Shown: positions 1-8,253 of the stretch, piece by piece
Numbering within the stretch: the stretch's first letter is position 1
How the letters are laid out: every line of letters starts with the position of its first letter
Assembly (NCBI RefSeq): GCF_040881935.1
Contig: NZ_JBBECH010000072.1
Location: 33,177 to 57,176 of the forward strand
Length of the DNA stretch: 24,000 nt
DNA from: Saccharospirillum sp.
GTDB lineage: Bacteria > Pseudomonadota > Gammaproteobacteria > Pseudomonadales > Natronospirillaceae
Reading direction: 5' to 3'
Program-made: the position numbers and the translations under genes
Notes under the pieces: model-generated
The model's database searches: none
What the model was told of the DNA's origin: nothing
Seen by the model: the letters and a program-made list of their open reading frames with translations, nothing else

Positions 1-98
1 TTTTGGTCCGAGATCACCTCGGGCTGGGAAAGCAGACGCGCCAGCTCATCATATCGTTCAGACAGTTCAGTCAGTTTCTGGCGGATGGACTCTTTCAT
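1..98 (-). CDS. prfA: Peptide chain release factor 1, N-terminal fragment (gene continues off the left edge)
   Basis: The reverse complement of 1..98 reads ATG AAA GAG TCC ATC CGC..., giving MKESIRQKLTELSERYDELARLLSQPEVISDQ. This matches the conserved RF1 N-terminus (E. coli [23 protein letters not shown]..IADQ). The start codon at 96-98 lies 15 nt downstream of the hemA stop, the classic hemA-prfA arrangement. It is truncated by the window edge, so it is absent from the ORF track. Confidence 0.85.
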   Translation of the reverse strand, partial: MKESIRQKLTELSERYDELARLLSQPEVISDQ

Positions 99-113
99 AG
101 ACGCTTGAGTGCC

Positions 114-1370
114 TTATAAATCAAACAGACGGGAAGCCCATTCACTGGCCTCCTTGTCATCACCATCACCGTGGGCTTTGCGCAAGGCCACGGTGGGTGC
201 ATGGAGTAATTTGTTGGTCAGGCCGCGTGCCAGTTGTTCCATCACCAGCTCGGCATCACCGCCCTGTTGCAAAGCACGACGGGCTTTCCCAAGTTCAACC
301 TCTTTCAGTTGCTCGGCTTGCTGACGCAAGGCGCGAATGGTGTCAGCCGCCTGCCGTTCTTTCAACGACTGACTGAAGGCATCGGTTGAACGGGCAATGA
401 TGTCCATCGCCTCATGCGCTGCTTCCTGGCGGCTGCGCACATTGGCTTCGATGACCGTTTTAAGATCGTCCACGGTATACAGATACACGTCGGGCAGATC
501 ACCGACTTCACTTTCTATATCACGCGGTACCGCTATATCGACCATAAACACCGGTTTATGCCGGCGCTTCTTCAGGGCGCGTTCAACCATGCCCTTGCCA
601 ATGATAGGTAACTGACTTGCGGTCGAGGAAATGACGATATCCGCACCCGGTAGCTCATCCGGAATGTCCGACAACAATACCGCCCGAGCGCCAAATTCCG
701 CCGCCAGACTTTGCGCCCGGGCCAATGTTCGGTTGGCCACCACCAGATCGGTCACGCCCTTGTCACGCAGATGTCGCGCCACCAAATCAATGGTCTCACC
801 GGCTCCTATCAACAACGCCCGGCACCGGTCGAGCCGGTCAAAAATACGGGTGCTCAGGCGCACCGCCGCGTAGGCCACGCTGACCGCGTTTTCACCAATG
901 GCGGTATGAGTGCGGACTTCCTTGGCGACCCGAAAGCTGTGTTGAAACAAATGATGTAACTGCTGACCGACGGAGTCGTATTCCTGGGCAACGGCGAAGG
1001 CGGATTTTAACTGACCCAAAATCTGCGGCTCACCCAGAACCATGGAATCCAGCCCGGCCGCCACCCTCCCTAAATGGGAGACCGCATCAGCATCGGCATG
1101 GATGTAGAGCGCGGCGCGCAATTCGTCGGGAGAAATACGGTGCGTTTGAGCAAGCCACTGAATCAGCGCTTCAATACCGACGGCAGGCTCAGTCAGCGAA
1201 CAATAAATTTCACTGCGGTTGCAGGTGGAGAGAATCACCGTCTCTTCGATGCCGGGAATCGACAACACCGAAGACAGGGAGTCGGGCATGGTTTCGGGAG
1301 CGAAACTGACTTTCTCCCGAACGTCTACTGACGCCGTGTTGTGATTGATACCGAGGGCCAGCAATGACAT
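114..1370 (-). CDS. hemA: Glutamyl-tRNA reductase
   Basis: The ORF 114..1403 translation is HemA-like throughout ([23 protein letters not shown]..., [29 protein letters not shown]-binding region). The ORF-track start at 1403 is a TTG. The ATG at 1370 gives the canonical [11 protein letters not shown]-terminus, so I trim to 1370. Confidence 0.95.
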   Translation of the reverse strand: MSLLALGINHNTASVDVREKVSFAPETMPDSLSSVLSIPGIEETVILSTCNRSEIYCSLTEPAVGIEALIQWLAQTHRISPDELRAALYIHADADAVSHLGRVAAGLDSMVLGEPQILGQLKSAFAVAQEYDSVGQQLHHLFQHSFRVAKEVRTHTAIGENAVSVAYAAVRLSTRIFDRLDRCRALLIGAGETIDLVARHLRDKGVTDLVVANRTLARAQSLAAEFGARAVLLSDIPDELPGADIVISSTASQLPIIGKGMVERALKKRRHKPVFMVDIAVPRDIESEVGDLPDVYLYTVDDLKTVIEANVRSRQEAAHEAMDIIARSTDAFSQSLKERQAADTIRALRQQAEQLKEVELGKARRALQQGGDAELVMEQLARGLTNKLLHAPTVALRKAHGDGDDKEASEWASRLFDL

Positions 1371-1800
1371 GTTTGGACGGGGCCTGCTCACTTCGTTGAT
1401 CAAACGCGTAGTCTACCGATTTTCGGGTCTGGAGGCGACTGTGATAACACCTTGCGTCCCAGCCGGGAAAGGTCTGCCAGCAGGCATCTTTACACGGATT
1501 TACGCTTCGCTTGCTGTACCCGGAAGTCACCCACAGGTCACTCTAACCGGGAACTCGACAGCAGTATGAGGCCGAACGTGTCACAAACAATGCAGGTCAG
1601 GCTATACTCATGATTGCCCCTGGCTATCCGATACTGAGCTGAACCACATCCCAGTGCGTAAACCCTCGCAACGTCGGTAACTGCAACGAAATTGAATCAA
1701 CCAGTGCAGCAAAGAAAGGGACCCCCCGGCACAATCGATCCGGATTACCCTTTTTTGCGCAGGACGCAACCCTCACAATCAGACGGCGAAGCCAAGACAC

Positions 1801-3555
1801 ATGACATCATCAGCACCTTTCAAACGTACCCTGCTGGCCACCCTGATTCTCAGCCTGGCCCTCAGTGGCTGCACCACGACGGCCTCTCAGGCCGAATCGT
1901 CCGGTAGTTCCGCCCCGCAAACCGAAACTGATTCGGTACCGGCGCAAGCTATAGAATCCGAGACTCGCATTGCCACAACTCCGCTAACCGGCGAGTCCTT
2001 CTATACCCTGTTGCTGGCGGAAATCGCGACCAACCGTGGCGACTATGGCTCAGCCGCACAACTCTACAGCCGTCTCGACCGTCAATTCGACGACCTTGAG
2101 GTGGCCCAGCGCGCCACGGCTCTGAACCAGGTGGTCGGCAATTACGACAGCATGGGAGAGCACGCAGGCCACTGGCTCCGGCTCGAACCAAACAGTGTCG
2201 AAGGCTGGCAGGCGCTGACCATTGCCAGCCTGGCCAATGCGGATCAGGTCACCGCCAAACGGGCGTTGGACAGATGGCTAATGCTGGACCCGGATGCAGA
2301 GGTCGAGGGTGCACTGGCTGGCATCAACAGCCTGACCAACGACCAGCAAGCGAGCCTGTTACCCGTGTTCGCCGAGGCTGAAACCAGCCACCCCGATAAC
2401 ACCAGCATTGGCTTTGCCAACGCCCAACTGCTGTCCACACTTGGCCGCTATCAACAGGCACTGGACGTCATCAGCGCTAATCGTGCGCGACAGGACAGCC
2501 CAGACAAGGGTTTACTGGAATTCAGACTCCATCTGGAACTGAACGACATTGAGCAGGCTCGTACGATCATCAGCGAGCTCACCGGGCAATACCCCAACAA
2601 TAGTCAAGTCGCAACGGCCTATGCGGGCTTCGTCTACGCAGACTCGGGCGCCAATAAAGCAGACACCCTTGAATCCCTGTTTAACCGGTTTCCGAATGAA
2701 CCGGTCATAGCCCGGGCTTTTGCGCGCGAATCTTTCGATAACGGAGATTACGATACCGCTGAAGTGCTGTTCGAGCGGCTGATTCCCACCGAATTCAGCG
2801 ATGAAGCGCATTATTTTCTGGGCCGGATCAGCCGCATCAACCGCTTGCCAGAAGAAGCTGCCCAGCGGTTTTTGAGCGTCCAGGCACCGCCGTACCTAAT
2901 TTCTGCCCTGGCAGAACTTAGCGAGGTTTGGCAGAACAGCCGCCCCACCGATATACAGAAAGCCTTGCATCAGGCCCGGCAGGCCTATCCCGGCCAGAGC
3001 CCTGTTTTGTGGCGCATTGAAGCCGATCTGTACCGCCGCCTGGGTGACACCGAGCAGGCAATGGCCGTCTACGGCCAAGCCTTGTCAGCGCACCCGGGCG
3101 ACACCAGCCTGTTGTACGACCAGGCATTGCTGGCCGCCAACCTTGGGCAATACGATTTGCTTGAGGCCAATCTGATCGATGTGCTGGAACAAGAGCCAGA
3201 CAACACCTCGGCGCTGAACGCCCTGGGGTACACCTGGGCCGATCGCAATGTCAATTTGCCTCAGGCACAACGCTACATTGACCGTGCGCTGGAGCAGCAG
3301 CCCGATGACCCGGCCATTCAGGATTCCAAGGGCTGGGTGGAATATCGCCTCGGCAACCTTGAGGAAGCTGAGCGTTGGTTACGCCGTTCACTGGAGTCAA
3401 TGGAATCGGATGAAGTCGCCGCCCATCTGGCCGCCGTACTGTGGGAACAAAACAAACAGGATGAGGCGCTACGCTGGCTCGACCAGGCCTTCAACTGGAA
3501 CAGCAACAGCCCGACAGCCCGGGCCATCATTGAAACATTGGGCATCGACCGATGA
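1801..3555 (+). CDS. TPR-repeat lipoprotein (homolog of the TPR protein encoded upstream of lolB in pseudomonads)
   Basis: 584 aa. The N-terminal signal peptide has a lipobox (LILSLALSGC). The body is rich in A/L/Y/Q helical repeats typical of TPR. Its stop overlaps the lolB start (ATGA at 3552-3555), implying translational coupling. It is divergent from hemA, as in Pseudomonas. Confidence 0.8.
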   Translation: MTSSAPFKRTLLATLILSLALSGCTTTASQAESSGSSAPQTETDSVPAQAIESETRIATTPLTGESFYTLLLAEIATNRGDYGSAAQLYSRLDRQFDDLEVAQRATALNQVVGNYDSMGEHAGHWLRLEPNSVEGWQALTIASLANADQVTAKRALDRWLMLDPDAEVEGALAGINSLTNDQQASLLPVFAEAETSHPDNTSIGFANAQLLSTLGRYQQALDVISANRARQDSPDKGLLEFRLHLELNDIEQARTIISELTGQYPNNSQVATAYAGFVYADSGANKADTLESLFNRFPNEPVIARAFARESFDNGDYDTAEVLFERLIPTEFSDEAHYFLGRISRINRLPEEAAQRFLSVQAPPYLISALAELSEVWQNSRPTDIQKALHQARQAYPGQSPVLWRIEADLYRRLGDTEQAMAVYGQALSAHPGDTSLLYDQALLAANLGQYDLLEANLIDVLEQEPDNTSALNALGYTWADRNVNLPQAQRYIDRALEQQPDDPAIQDSKGWVEYRLGNLEEAERWLRRSLESMESDEVAAHLAAVLWEQNKQDEALRWLDQAFNWNSNSPTARAIIETLGIDR

Positions 3556-4112
3556 AGTCGCTGCTGATTCTCGGCCTGGCAACACTATTGCTAACCGGCT
3601 GCGCCCGCTTCGGCACTCAACCGGGAGCCAGTGATCTGACAGAAAACTGGGCGCTATCGGGTAAAATGGCCGTTCGCAACGCCACCGAAGCGAGCAGTTT
3701 CAACGTTGACTGGGAACAGCGGGCACAGGATTTCGAGATTGAGCTGAGTGGCCCTCTGGGCCAGGGTGCCGTGCAGATAAACGGTGAGCCGGGCAAGGTA
3801 ACCCTGACCAAAGGCGCCGACCAGGTAACCCGCAGCACCTTACGCGAGCTGGCCTACGAAATTACCGAACTGGATCTGCCGCTCGACTACCTTCAATACT
3901 GGGTTCGCGCCAAGCCCTACCCGGGCATCGAAGCCATCATCGACCGGGATGCCGCCAGCCGCCAGGTGCAAAGCATTAATCAGTCGGGTTGGCAGGTTGA
4001 CTACCCACTGTATTTCGATGAAACCGGCGAATCGCTACCCCGAAGAATCGATTTTGCCCGCAATGGCAGCAGCGGCCGCCTGGTCATTCGTAACTGGGTT
4101 AGCGAGTTATAG
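3552..4112 (+). CDS. lolB: Outer-membrane lipoprotein LolB (lipoprotein insertion receptor)
   Basis: 186 aa with a lipobox (LLLTGC). The LolB-like pattern is present: WALSGKMAV...F.W.Q....E.ELSGPLGQG...L...DLPLDYLQYWVRAKP. Its position next to hemA/prfA is conserved in gammaproteobacteria. Confidence 0.85.
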   Translation: MKSLLILGLATLLLTGCARFGTQPGASDLTENWALSGKMAVRNATEASSFNVDWEQRAQDFEIELSGPLGQGAVQINGEPGKVTLTKGADQVTRSTLRELAYEITELDLPLDYLQYWVRAKPYPGIEAIIDRDAASRQVQSINQSGWQVDYPLYFDETGESLPRRIDFARNGSSGRLVIRNWVSEL

Positions 4113-4172
4113 CTCCAGTCTCGGAGGCTGCGCTCACTTTGGTGGCTACGCAAGGTATATCGCCAATAACCC

Positions 4173-4285
4173 GCACCGTGCACCGGTTAGGCTTAACCAG
4201 GGTCGGCGTAAACCCATCCATGGGGCCTGGACCGCAGCGTCCCTGCTGCGGACCACCCTGGATAAGCCTAACCGGCACACGGTGC
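4173..4285. repeat. Structured palindromic intergenic element, copy A (long imperfect hairpin with conserved 58-nt core)
   Basis: 4173-4203 pairs with 4255-4285 (28 of 31 positions complementary). The core 4201-4258 is 51/58 identical to 10043-10100. It contains an internal hairpin CCGCAGC-GTCCCT-GCTGCGG (4232-4251) and a smaller hairpin around CCATCCATGG. It lies between the convergent stops of lolB (4112) and the acyltransferase (4353). Confidence 0.75.
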
Positions 4286-4352
4286 TAACCATTTTAGCCA
4301 CGGCCTACAAACTAGAGGTTAACTCTGCAATTCCGAAAACCTAAGAGATGGT

Positions 4353-5525
4353 TTATTGGTCCTCAGGACCCTCTGAGTCTGGCACTACCTCATCCATCGC
4401 TGACGTCAGCGCCGGTAACCCCTGCTTCATTTGCACCGCATTCGCATACTGGCGCAACATATAGGGTTTAAGGGTATCCCGCGTTACCGCAACCCGCTCT
4501 GCCAGCTTCACGGCATCTGCGTTTGTCGGTTCAGTTTGGTCACCGTGCAAGATGGCGTGAGCCCATTCATTGGATTCGTACAAGCGGTAATGCTGATGCA
4601 CCTGGGCGTCGATTGCCGCTGCGACATCGGTGTCTTTTTCATAATCACCGTTCAATACTTCGCCAAAGGCCAGATGGACCCGGCCTTTCCAGCCGGTCAT
4701 ACCGCGGGCAATCGACTGAACATCCTCATGGGCCTTTTTCTTGTAACCGCCTTTATGCTCCTGCGCATAGAGTTCACGCGCTTTGGACAAATCGAGCGGG
4801 TCCACTTCATAGCTGATGGTCACCGGAACGATATTCAACTCGCGAATGTAGCTGGCGTAGTCGCGATCTTTGGGTTTGCTCAGACTGAACATGCCGATTA
4901 CGGCTGGGTTGGTTTTGTCGAAGCCATCTTTGGCGCGACCTTCCCGCTGGGCGATCCAGACATTTGCCTGATCGGCGGTAATACAATGATGAATGTAGCG
5001 CGACAGGATCTGAGCTTCTTTCAGTTTGGCTTTCATGCCCTTGACTGAGCGGCGCACGATGAAGCTCTTGTTCAAGCGCATCAGATCGCTGACAAAAGGC
5101 TTGCTCAGCAGGTTATCTCCGATGGCGATTCGTACGGTCTGGAACCCCGCGTGATAGAGCGACCAGTTCACCATGGCCGGGTCCATAACGATGTCGCGGT
5201 GGTTGGAGACGAATAGATAACCCTTGTTTGGGTCGAGCGCATCGAGTCCCGATACGGTCAGATCCGCCACGCTTTTATCGAGGATCCGTTTTAGATAGCC
5301 ACGCAGCCGGGGCTGAAAATCTTCAACGCGACGAATACCGCGGAACTGCCAGGCGAGGCCCAGACGAATAAGGGAGCGCAGCAACCAGGGGGCTTTGCGG
5401 TTCATACCCGGCGCTACCCAGGCGCCAATGGCCGCATGCATTTCCGGGTCGGCGAGCACACGCTTCAGGACGAGCGGAACTTCGTCGTCGTTAAAGGGGC
5501 GAATATCGTCAAATTCTGCAGTCAT
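4353..5525 (-). CDS. PlsC-superfamily acyltransferase (lysophospholipid/glycerol-phosphate acyltransferase-like), substrate unknown
   Basis: 390 aa. Acyltransferase blocks are visible: FVSNHRDIVMDP (catalytic His/Asp block), SFIVRR, and IAQREGRAKDG (EG(T)R-like block). An AAGG ribosome-binding site lies 5 nt upstream of the ATG at 5525. Confidence 0.75.
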   Translation of the reverse strand: MTAEFDDIRPFNDDEVPLVLKRVLADPEMHAAIGAWVAPGMNRKAPWLLRSLIRLGLAWQFRGIRRVEDFQPRLRGYLKRILDKSVADLTVSGLDALDPNKGYLFVSNHRDIVMDPAMVNWSLYHAGFQTVRIAIGDNLLSKPFVSDLMRLNKSFIVRRSVKGMKAKLKEAQILSRYIHHCITADQANVWIAQREGRAKDGFDKTNPAVIGMFSLSKPKDRDYASYIRELNIVPVTISYEVDPLDLSKARELYAQEHKGGYKKKAHEDVQSIARGMTGWKGRVHLAFGEVLNGDYEKDTDVAAAIDAQVHQHYRLYESNEWAHAILHGDQTEPTNADAVKLAERVAVTRDTLKPYMLRQYANAVQMKQGLPALTSAMDEVVPDSEGPEDQ

Positions 5526-5632
5526 AGAGCCTTATCAGACCAATAAAAAGCGGCTACTGTACTCCAAGTCGGCCTGAAAATCAGGCTCGGACCCGGGGGC
5601 TCGGACAAAAAGCATTCAGACCCGGGCAACGC

Positions 5633-6307
5633 TCAAGCTTCACCGGGTACCGTTAAACCAACGCCCTTCAGAATAACGTGGGTCAGGGTACGTTCGGCCT
5701 GTTCAAAGTCGGCTTCGGTTAGCCCCTCACTGTCCAGCGCCCACTCAATTTGGGTGGCGAAGTCGGCATAGTGCTGGGTGCTTCCCCAGATCATAAACAG
5801 CAGGTGCAAGGGGTCGATCGGGTCCATCTTGCCGGCGTCGATCCAGGCCTGAATCACGTTGGTCCGCCCCAGTGCCCAGTGATGCATTTCCTGAGCCAGG
5901 TACTTTTTCAGATGCGGGGCACCCTGTATCACCTCGATGGCAAAAATTTTTGAGGCCAGAGGGTGGCTACGGGAATAGCGAATTTTGGAACGAATGTAGG
6001 CGTAAATCGTTGCGGCCGGGTCTTCATCGGCGGTGGTGGTGTTAAACGCCTGGTTCCACATGCCCAGAATATCTGACAACACCGCGCCGTAGAGGCCAAT
6101 TTTGCTTTGAAAATAATACAGGATGTTGGATTTGGGCAGACCCGCGCGTTCAGCGATGGCATTCAGCGAGGTTCCCTTGAAGCCATGCTGCGCGAATTCA
6201 ATTTCCGCCGCCTCAAGTATGATGGCCTCGTTCTGCTGCCGGATTCGCCCTGCCTTTTCCTTGGTTTGGAATTCTTCTTTCAAGCGTTTCTGGGCCTGGT
6301 CGACCAT
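5633..6307 (-). CDS. TetR/AcrR-family transcriptional regulator, RutR-like
   Basis: The N-terminal HTH reads EAAEIEFAQHGFKGTSLNAIAERAGLPKSNILYYFQSKIGLYGAVL, very similar to E. coli RutR (FGFHGTRLEQIAELAGVSKTNLLYYFPSKEALY). The ORF-track start at 6355 is a TTG. The ATG at 6307 is preceded by AGGAAG 7 nt upstream, so I use 6307. Confidence 0.85.
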   Translation of the reverse strand: MVDQAQKRLKEEFQTKEKAGRIRQQNEAIILEAAEIEFAQHGFKGTSLNAIAERAGLPKSNILYYFQSKIGLYGAVLSDILGMWNQAFNTTTADEDPAATIYAYIRSKIRYSRSHPLASKIFAIEVIQGAPHLKKYLAQEMHHWALGRTNVIQAWIDAGKMDPIDPLHLLFMIWGSTQHYADFATQIEWALDSEGLTEADFEQAERTLTHVILKGVGLTVPGEA

Positions 6308-6348
6308 GATGACTTCCTGCACTGAGGTGATAGAAAGAACGAAGACAG

Positions 6349-6361
6349 TGGTCAACGACCA
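6349..6361. promoter_or_regulatory. Candidate TetR/RutR-type operator (palindrome TGGTC-AAC-GACCA containing a perfect RutR half-site TTGACCA/TGGTCAA)
   Basis: A 5-3-5 palindrome lies 42-54 nt upstream of the TetR-gene ATG (6307). It shares TGACC/GGTCA half-sites with the palindrome at 7852-7867. Assignment to this regulator is inference. Confidence 0.35.
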
Positions 6362-6459
6362 GTACTCGCTTGCCAGTCTAACTCACTGATTCCGCGTACA
6401 TTTCGAGCTTAAGCGGCTTCCCGTTTCAATGCAACTGAGAGTCTAGGTCCGACAGACTC

Positions 6460-7809
6460 CTAGGCGCTGTAAAGCCGCTCACCAGCGACCCAGGTGGCTC
6501 GGGTGAGGCGCTCATCACCCAGTATCAGCGTTGCGAACAATGCTTCTTCGAGTGAGTTTGCGTGCGCCAGCCGGGCACTGAGGTTGGCACTGCGGGTCGA
6601 ATCCAGCACCACCAAATCCGCCATTTTGCCGCTGTCCAGAGAGCCAATTTGAGTGTCCAGATGCAGTGCCCGGGCGTTACCTGCGGTCATCTGGTGCCAC
6701 AACGCATTGGCAGTGAGCTTGTAGCCTTGCAACTGCCCGACTTTGTAGGCCTCTGCCGCCGAGACCAGCTGTGACAACGATGTTCCTCCGCCAACATCGC
6801 TCGCTAACCCCAATACGACACCCTCCCGCTCTGCCCGGGCGAAATCAAACAGGCCGCTGCCGAGAAACGTATTGGACGTCGGGCAGACTGCAATGCGCGC
6901 CTGATGTTCTCGCAATGCAGTCCATTCCCGGTCGGTCAGATGCAACCCATGCGCCAGCACTGAGCGTTCGTGGAGTAATCCATAGTGTTGGTAGACATCC
7001 ACGTAATCCCTCGACTTGGGAAACAACGACTGCACCCAACTGACTTCATCCGGGTTTTCCGAAACATGGGTTTGCAGATACAACCCTCTGGCCTCCTGCT
7101 GCAATGCCCCGGCCCGTTCCAACTGAGCTTCGGTGGACGTAGGTGCAAAACGAGGCGTAACGGCATACTGCAACCGGTCGGTGCCGTGCCAGCGATGGAT
7201 CAGCCGGGCGCTGGCGTCAAAGCCGCTGTTGACGGTATCGCTGAGGTAATCCGGGCAATTACGGTCCATCAGCACCTTGCCAGCAATGAGGGCCATGCGA
7301 CGCTCGCGAGCGGCTTCGAACAAAGCGTCGGTCGCGGCTTCATGCACTGTGCCAAACACCATGGCTGTGGTGGTGCCATGCGCGAGTAGCGCGTCCAGAA
7401 AGACATCACTTTGATGGCGGGCGATCACCGGGTCTTCGAAGCGGCGTTCGGCCGGAAAGGTGTAGCGGTTCAGCCAGTCGAGCAATTGCTCGCCCCAACT
7501 GGCGATCACCGGCATTTGGGCAGCGTGGACGTGAGTGTCGATCAGGCCGGGGATGATCCAGGCATTGCCGTAATCAACAACCGTTGCAAAGGACTGCTGA
7601 GTAACCGACAATTCCGCGGCTGGCCCGTGCCAGGCAATGCGTCCCTGCACAATAACCAGTGCCGCCTTCGGGCAATGTCGAATCTGGTCGACCTGGGGGA
7701 AATCGATGCTTTGGCCCAGCAGTAACGTGGCCTGGGCCGCTTGATCGGCGGTAAAGCGGGCCGAAGGATCTGTCGCCGGTGAGCTATTATTCTGTACGGG
7801 CTTGGTCAT
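6460..7809 (-). CDS. guaD: Guanine deaminase (amidohydrolase superfamily)
   Basis: 449 aa. It carries the HVHAAQ metal-binding HxH motif, then LLDWLNRYTFPAE, GTTTAMVFGT, HVSEN and GLASDVGGG, the motif series characteristic of guanine deaminases. Confidence 0.9.
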   Translation of the reverse strand: MTKPVQNNSSPATDPSARFTADQAAQATLLLGQSIDFPQVDQIRHCPKAALVIVQGRIAWHGPAAELSVTQQSFATVVDYGNAWIIPGLIDTHVHAAQMPVIASWGEQLLDWLNRYTFPAERRFEDPVIARHQSDVFLDALLAHGTTTAMVFGTVHEAATDALFEAARERRMALIAGKVLMDRNCPDYLSDTVNSGFDASARLIHRWHGTDRLQYAVTPRFAPTSTEAQLERAGALQQEARGLYLQTHVSENPDEVSWVQSLFPKSRDYVDVYQHYGLLHERSVLAHGLHLTDREWTALREHQARIAVCPTSNTFLGSGLFDFARAEREGVVLGLASDVGGGTSLSQLVSAAEAYKVGQLQGYKLTANALWHQMTAGNARALHLDTQIGSLDSGKMADLVVLDSTRSANLSARLAHANSLEEALFATLILGDERLTRATWVAGERLYSA

Positions 7810-7851
7810 GAGCGGTTCACGGGTGATTCATACAGGCAGACTGTATCAAAG

Positions 7852-7867
7852 CTGACCGAAAGGTCAA
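7852..7867. promoter_or_regulatory. RutR-box-like palindrome cTGACCgaaaGGTCAa upstream of guaD
   Basis: The 16-bp site matches the E. coli RutR consensus TTGACCAnnTGGTCAA at 11 of 14 specified positions. It is centred about 50 nt upstream of the guaD ATG (7809), and a RutR-like TetR gene lies immediately downstream of guaD. Confidence 0.45.
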
Positions 7868-8107
7868 CTAGCCTCTTCAGGGCAGCCACAGCGTGAATAC
7901 TGCCCCACCATGGTCGGGGTGATTGGTCAGTTTGCTGAAACCTTCAGCCTCTCCCTGACGGTGCAACTAGGATTACCTCCACCCCTGCGCCCTCCTTCAC
8001 TCACTTTTTCCCCTGCGGCATGGAATAGCCCGGGGGTTTCCAGTATTGTCTGGGCCATAAAGCGATAACATACGGCACTGTGAATACACATAAATAACAT
8101 CGGTCAT

Positions 8108-8122
8108 GCGCTACACTAGCGC
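8108..8122. promoter_or_regulatory. Perfect palindrome GCGCTA-CAC-TAGCGC upstream of fabA (candidate operator, regulator unknown)
   Basis: A 6-3-6 inverted repeat lies about 135 nt upstream of the fabA ATG. It is loosely reminiscent of the GCGTACA-type half-sites of FabR operators, but spacing and sequence differ. No regulator gene is visible in the window. Confidence 0.2.
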
Positions 8123-8253
8123 TCAAGAGGCGCTAACACGACCGATTTAGACGTTGATTCACGGTTCTGGCACCAAAAAACAGGCTTGAGCCTACTTTTT
8201 ACTGATTCATTTACCTATACCTACATTTTCTAACCACACGGAATCCGACAGTT

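Noticed and set aside
109-1569. Multiple plus-strand ORFs (109-324, 397-615, 631-873, 711-959, 1074-1331, 1345-1569) and minus-strand 1210-1530 overlapping hemA and its upstream region
   Set aside because: All are shadow ORFs of hemA or run across its 5' untranslated region. The translations are low-complexity and none shows family motifs.
1715-1756. Terminator-like structure (AAAGGG...CCGG-loop-CCGG...CCCTTTTTT) about 45 nt upstream of the TPR gene, suggesting an sRNA 3' end or attenuator
   Set aside because: Pairing is limited to 3-6 outer and 4 inner base pairs, separated by a large asymmetric internal loop. That is too weak to call an intrinsic terminator, and no upstream promoter or conserved structure is recognisable.
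4173-4285. Interpretation of repeat copy A as an integron attC site (GCTTAAC at 4191-4197 fits the R'' consensus RYYYAAC, and unpaired bases are conserved)
   Set aside because: The motif lies mid-stem rather than at the element boundary. The partner arm reads GATAAGC, not GTTRRRY. Copy B has no AAC/GTT core sites. There is no integrase or cassette array, and the flanking genes are core housekeeping genes.
4431-5048. 205-aa plus-strand ORF antisense to the acyltransferase. Similar long antisense ORFs occur at 10586-11044 (galU), 23008-23655 (rng), 21222-21788 and 19917-20426 (yhdP), and 6985-7389 (guaD)
   Set aside because: Each lies entirely inside a well-supported gene on the opposite strand. 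None has family motifs or a ribosome-binding site. They are explained by codon-position GC bias of the real genes.
5584-5626. Short direct repeats GGCTCGGAC (5584-5592, 5598-5606) and GACCCGGG (5590-5597, 5620-5627) and a GCCTGA-AAA-TCAGGC hairpin between the TetR gene and the acyltransferase
   Set aside because: The repeats are very short, there is no U-tract after the hairpin on the relevant strand, and the motifs are not found elsewhere in the window. This is insufficient to call a terminator or repeat family.
7910-8068. 52-aa plus-strand ORF (MVGVIGQFAETFSLSLTVQLGLPPPLRPPSL...) in the guaD-fabA spacer
   Set aside because: It has no ribosome-binding site, a proline/serine-rich implausible sequence, and lies within a promoter-rich divergent region.
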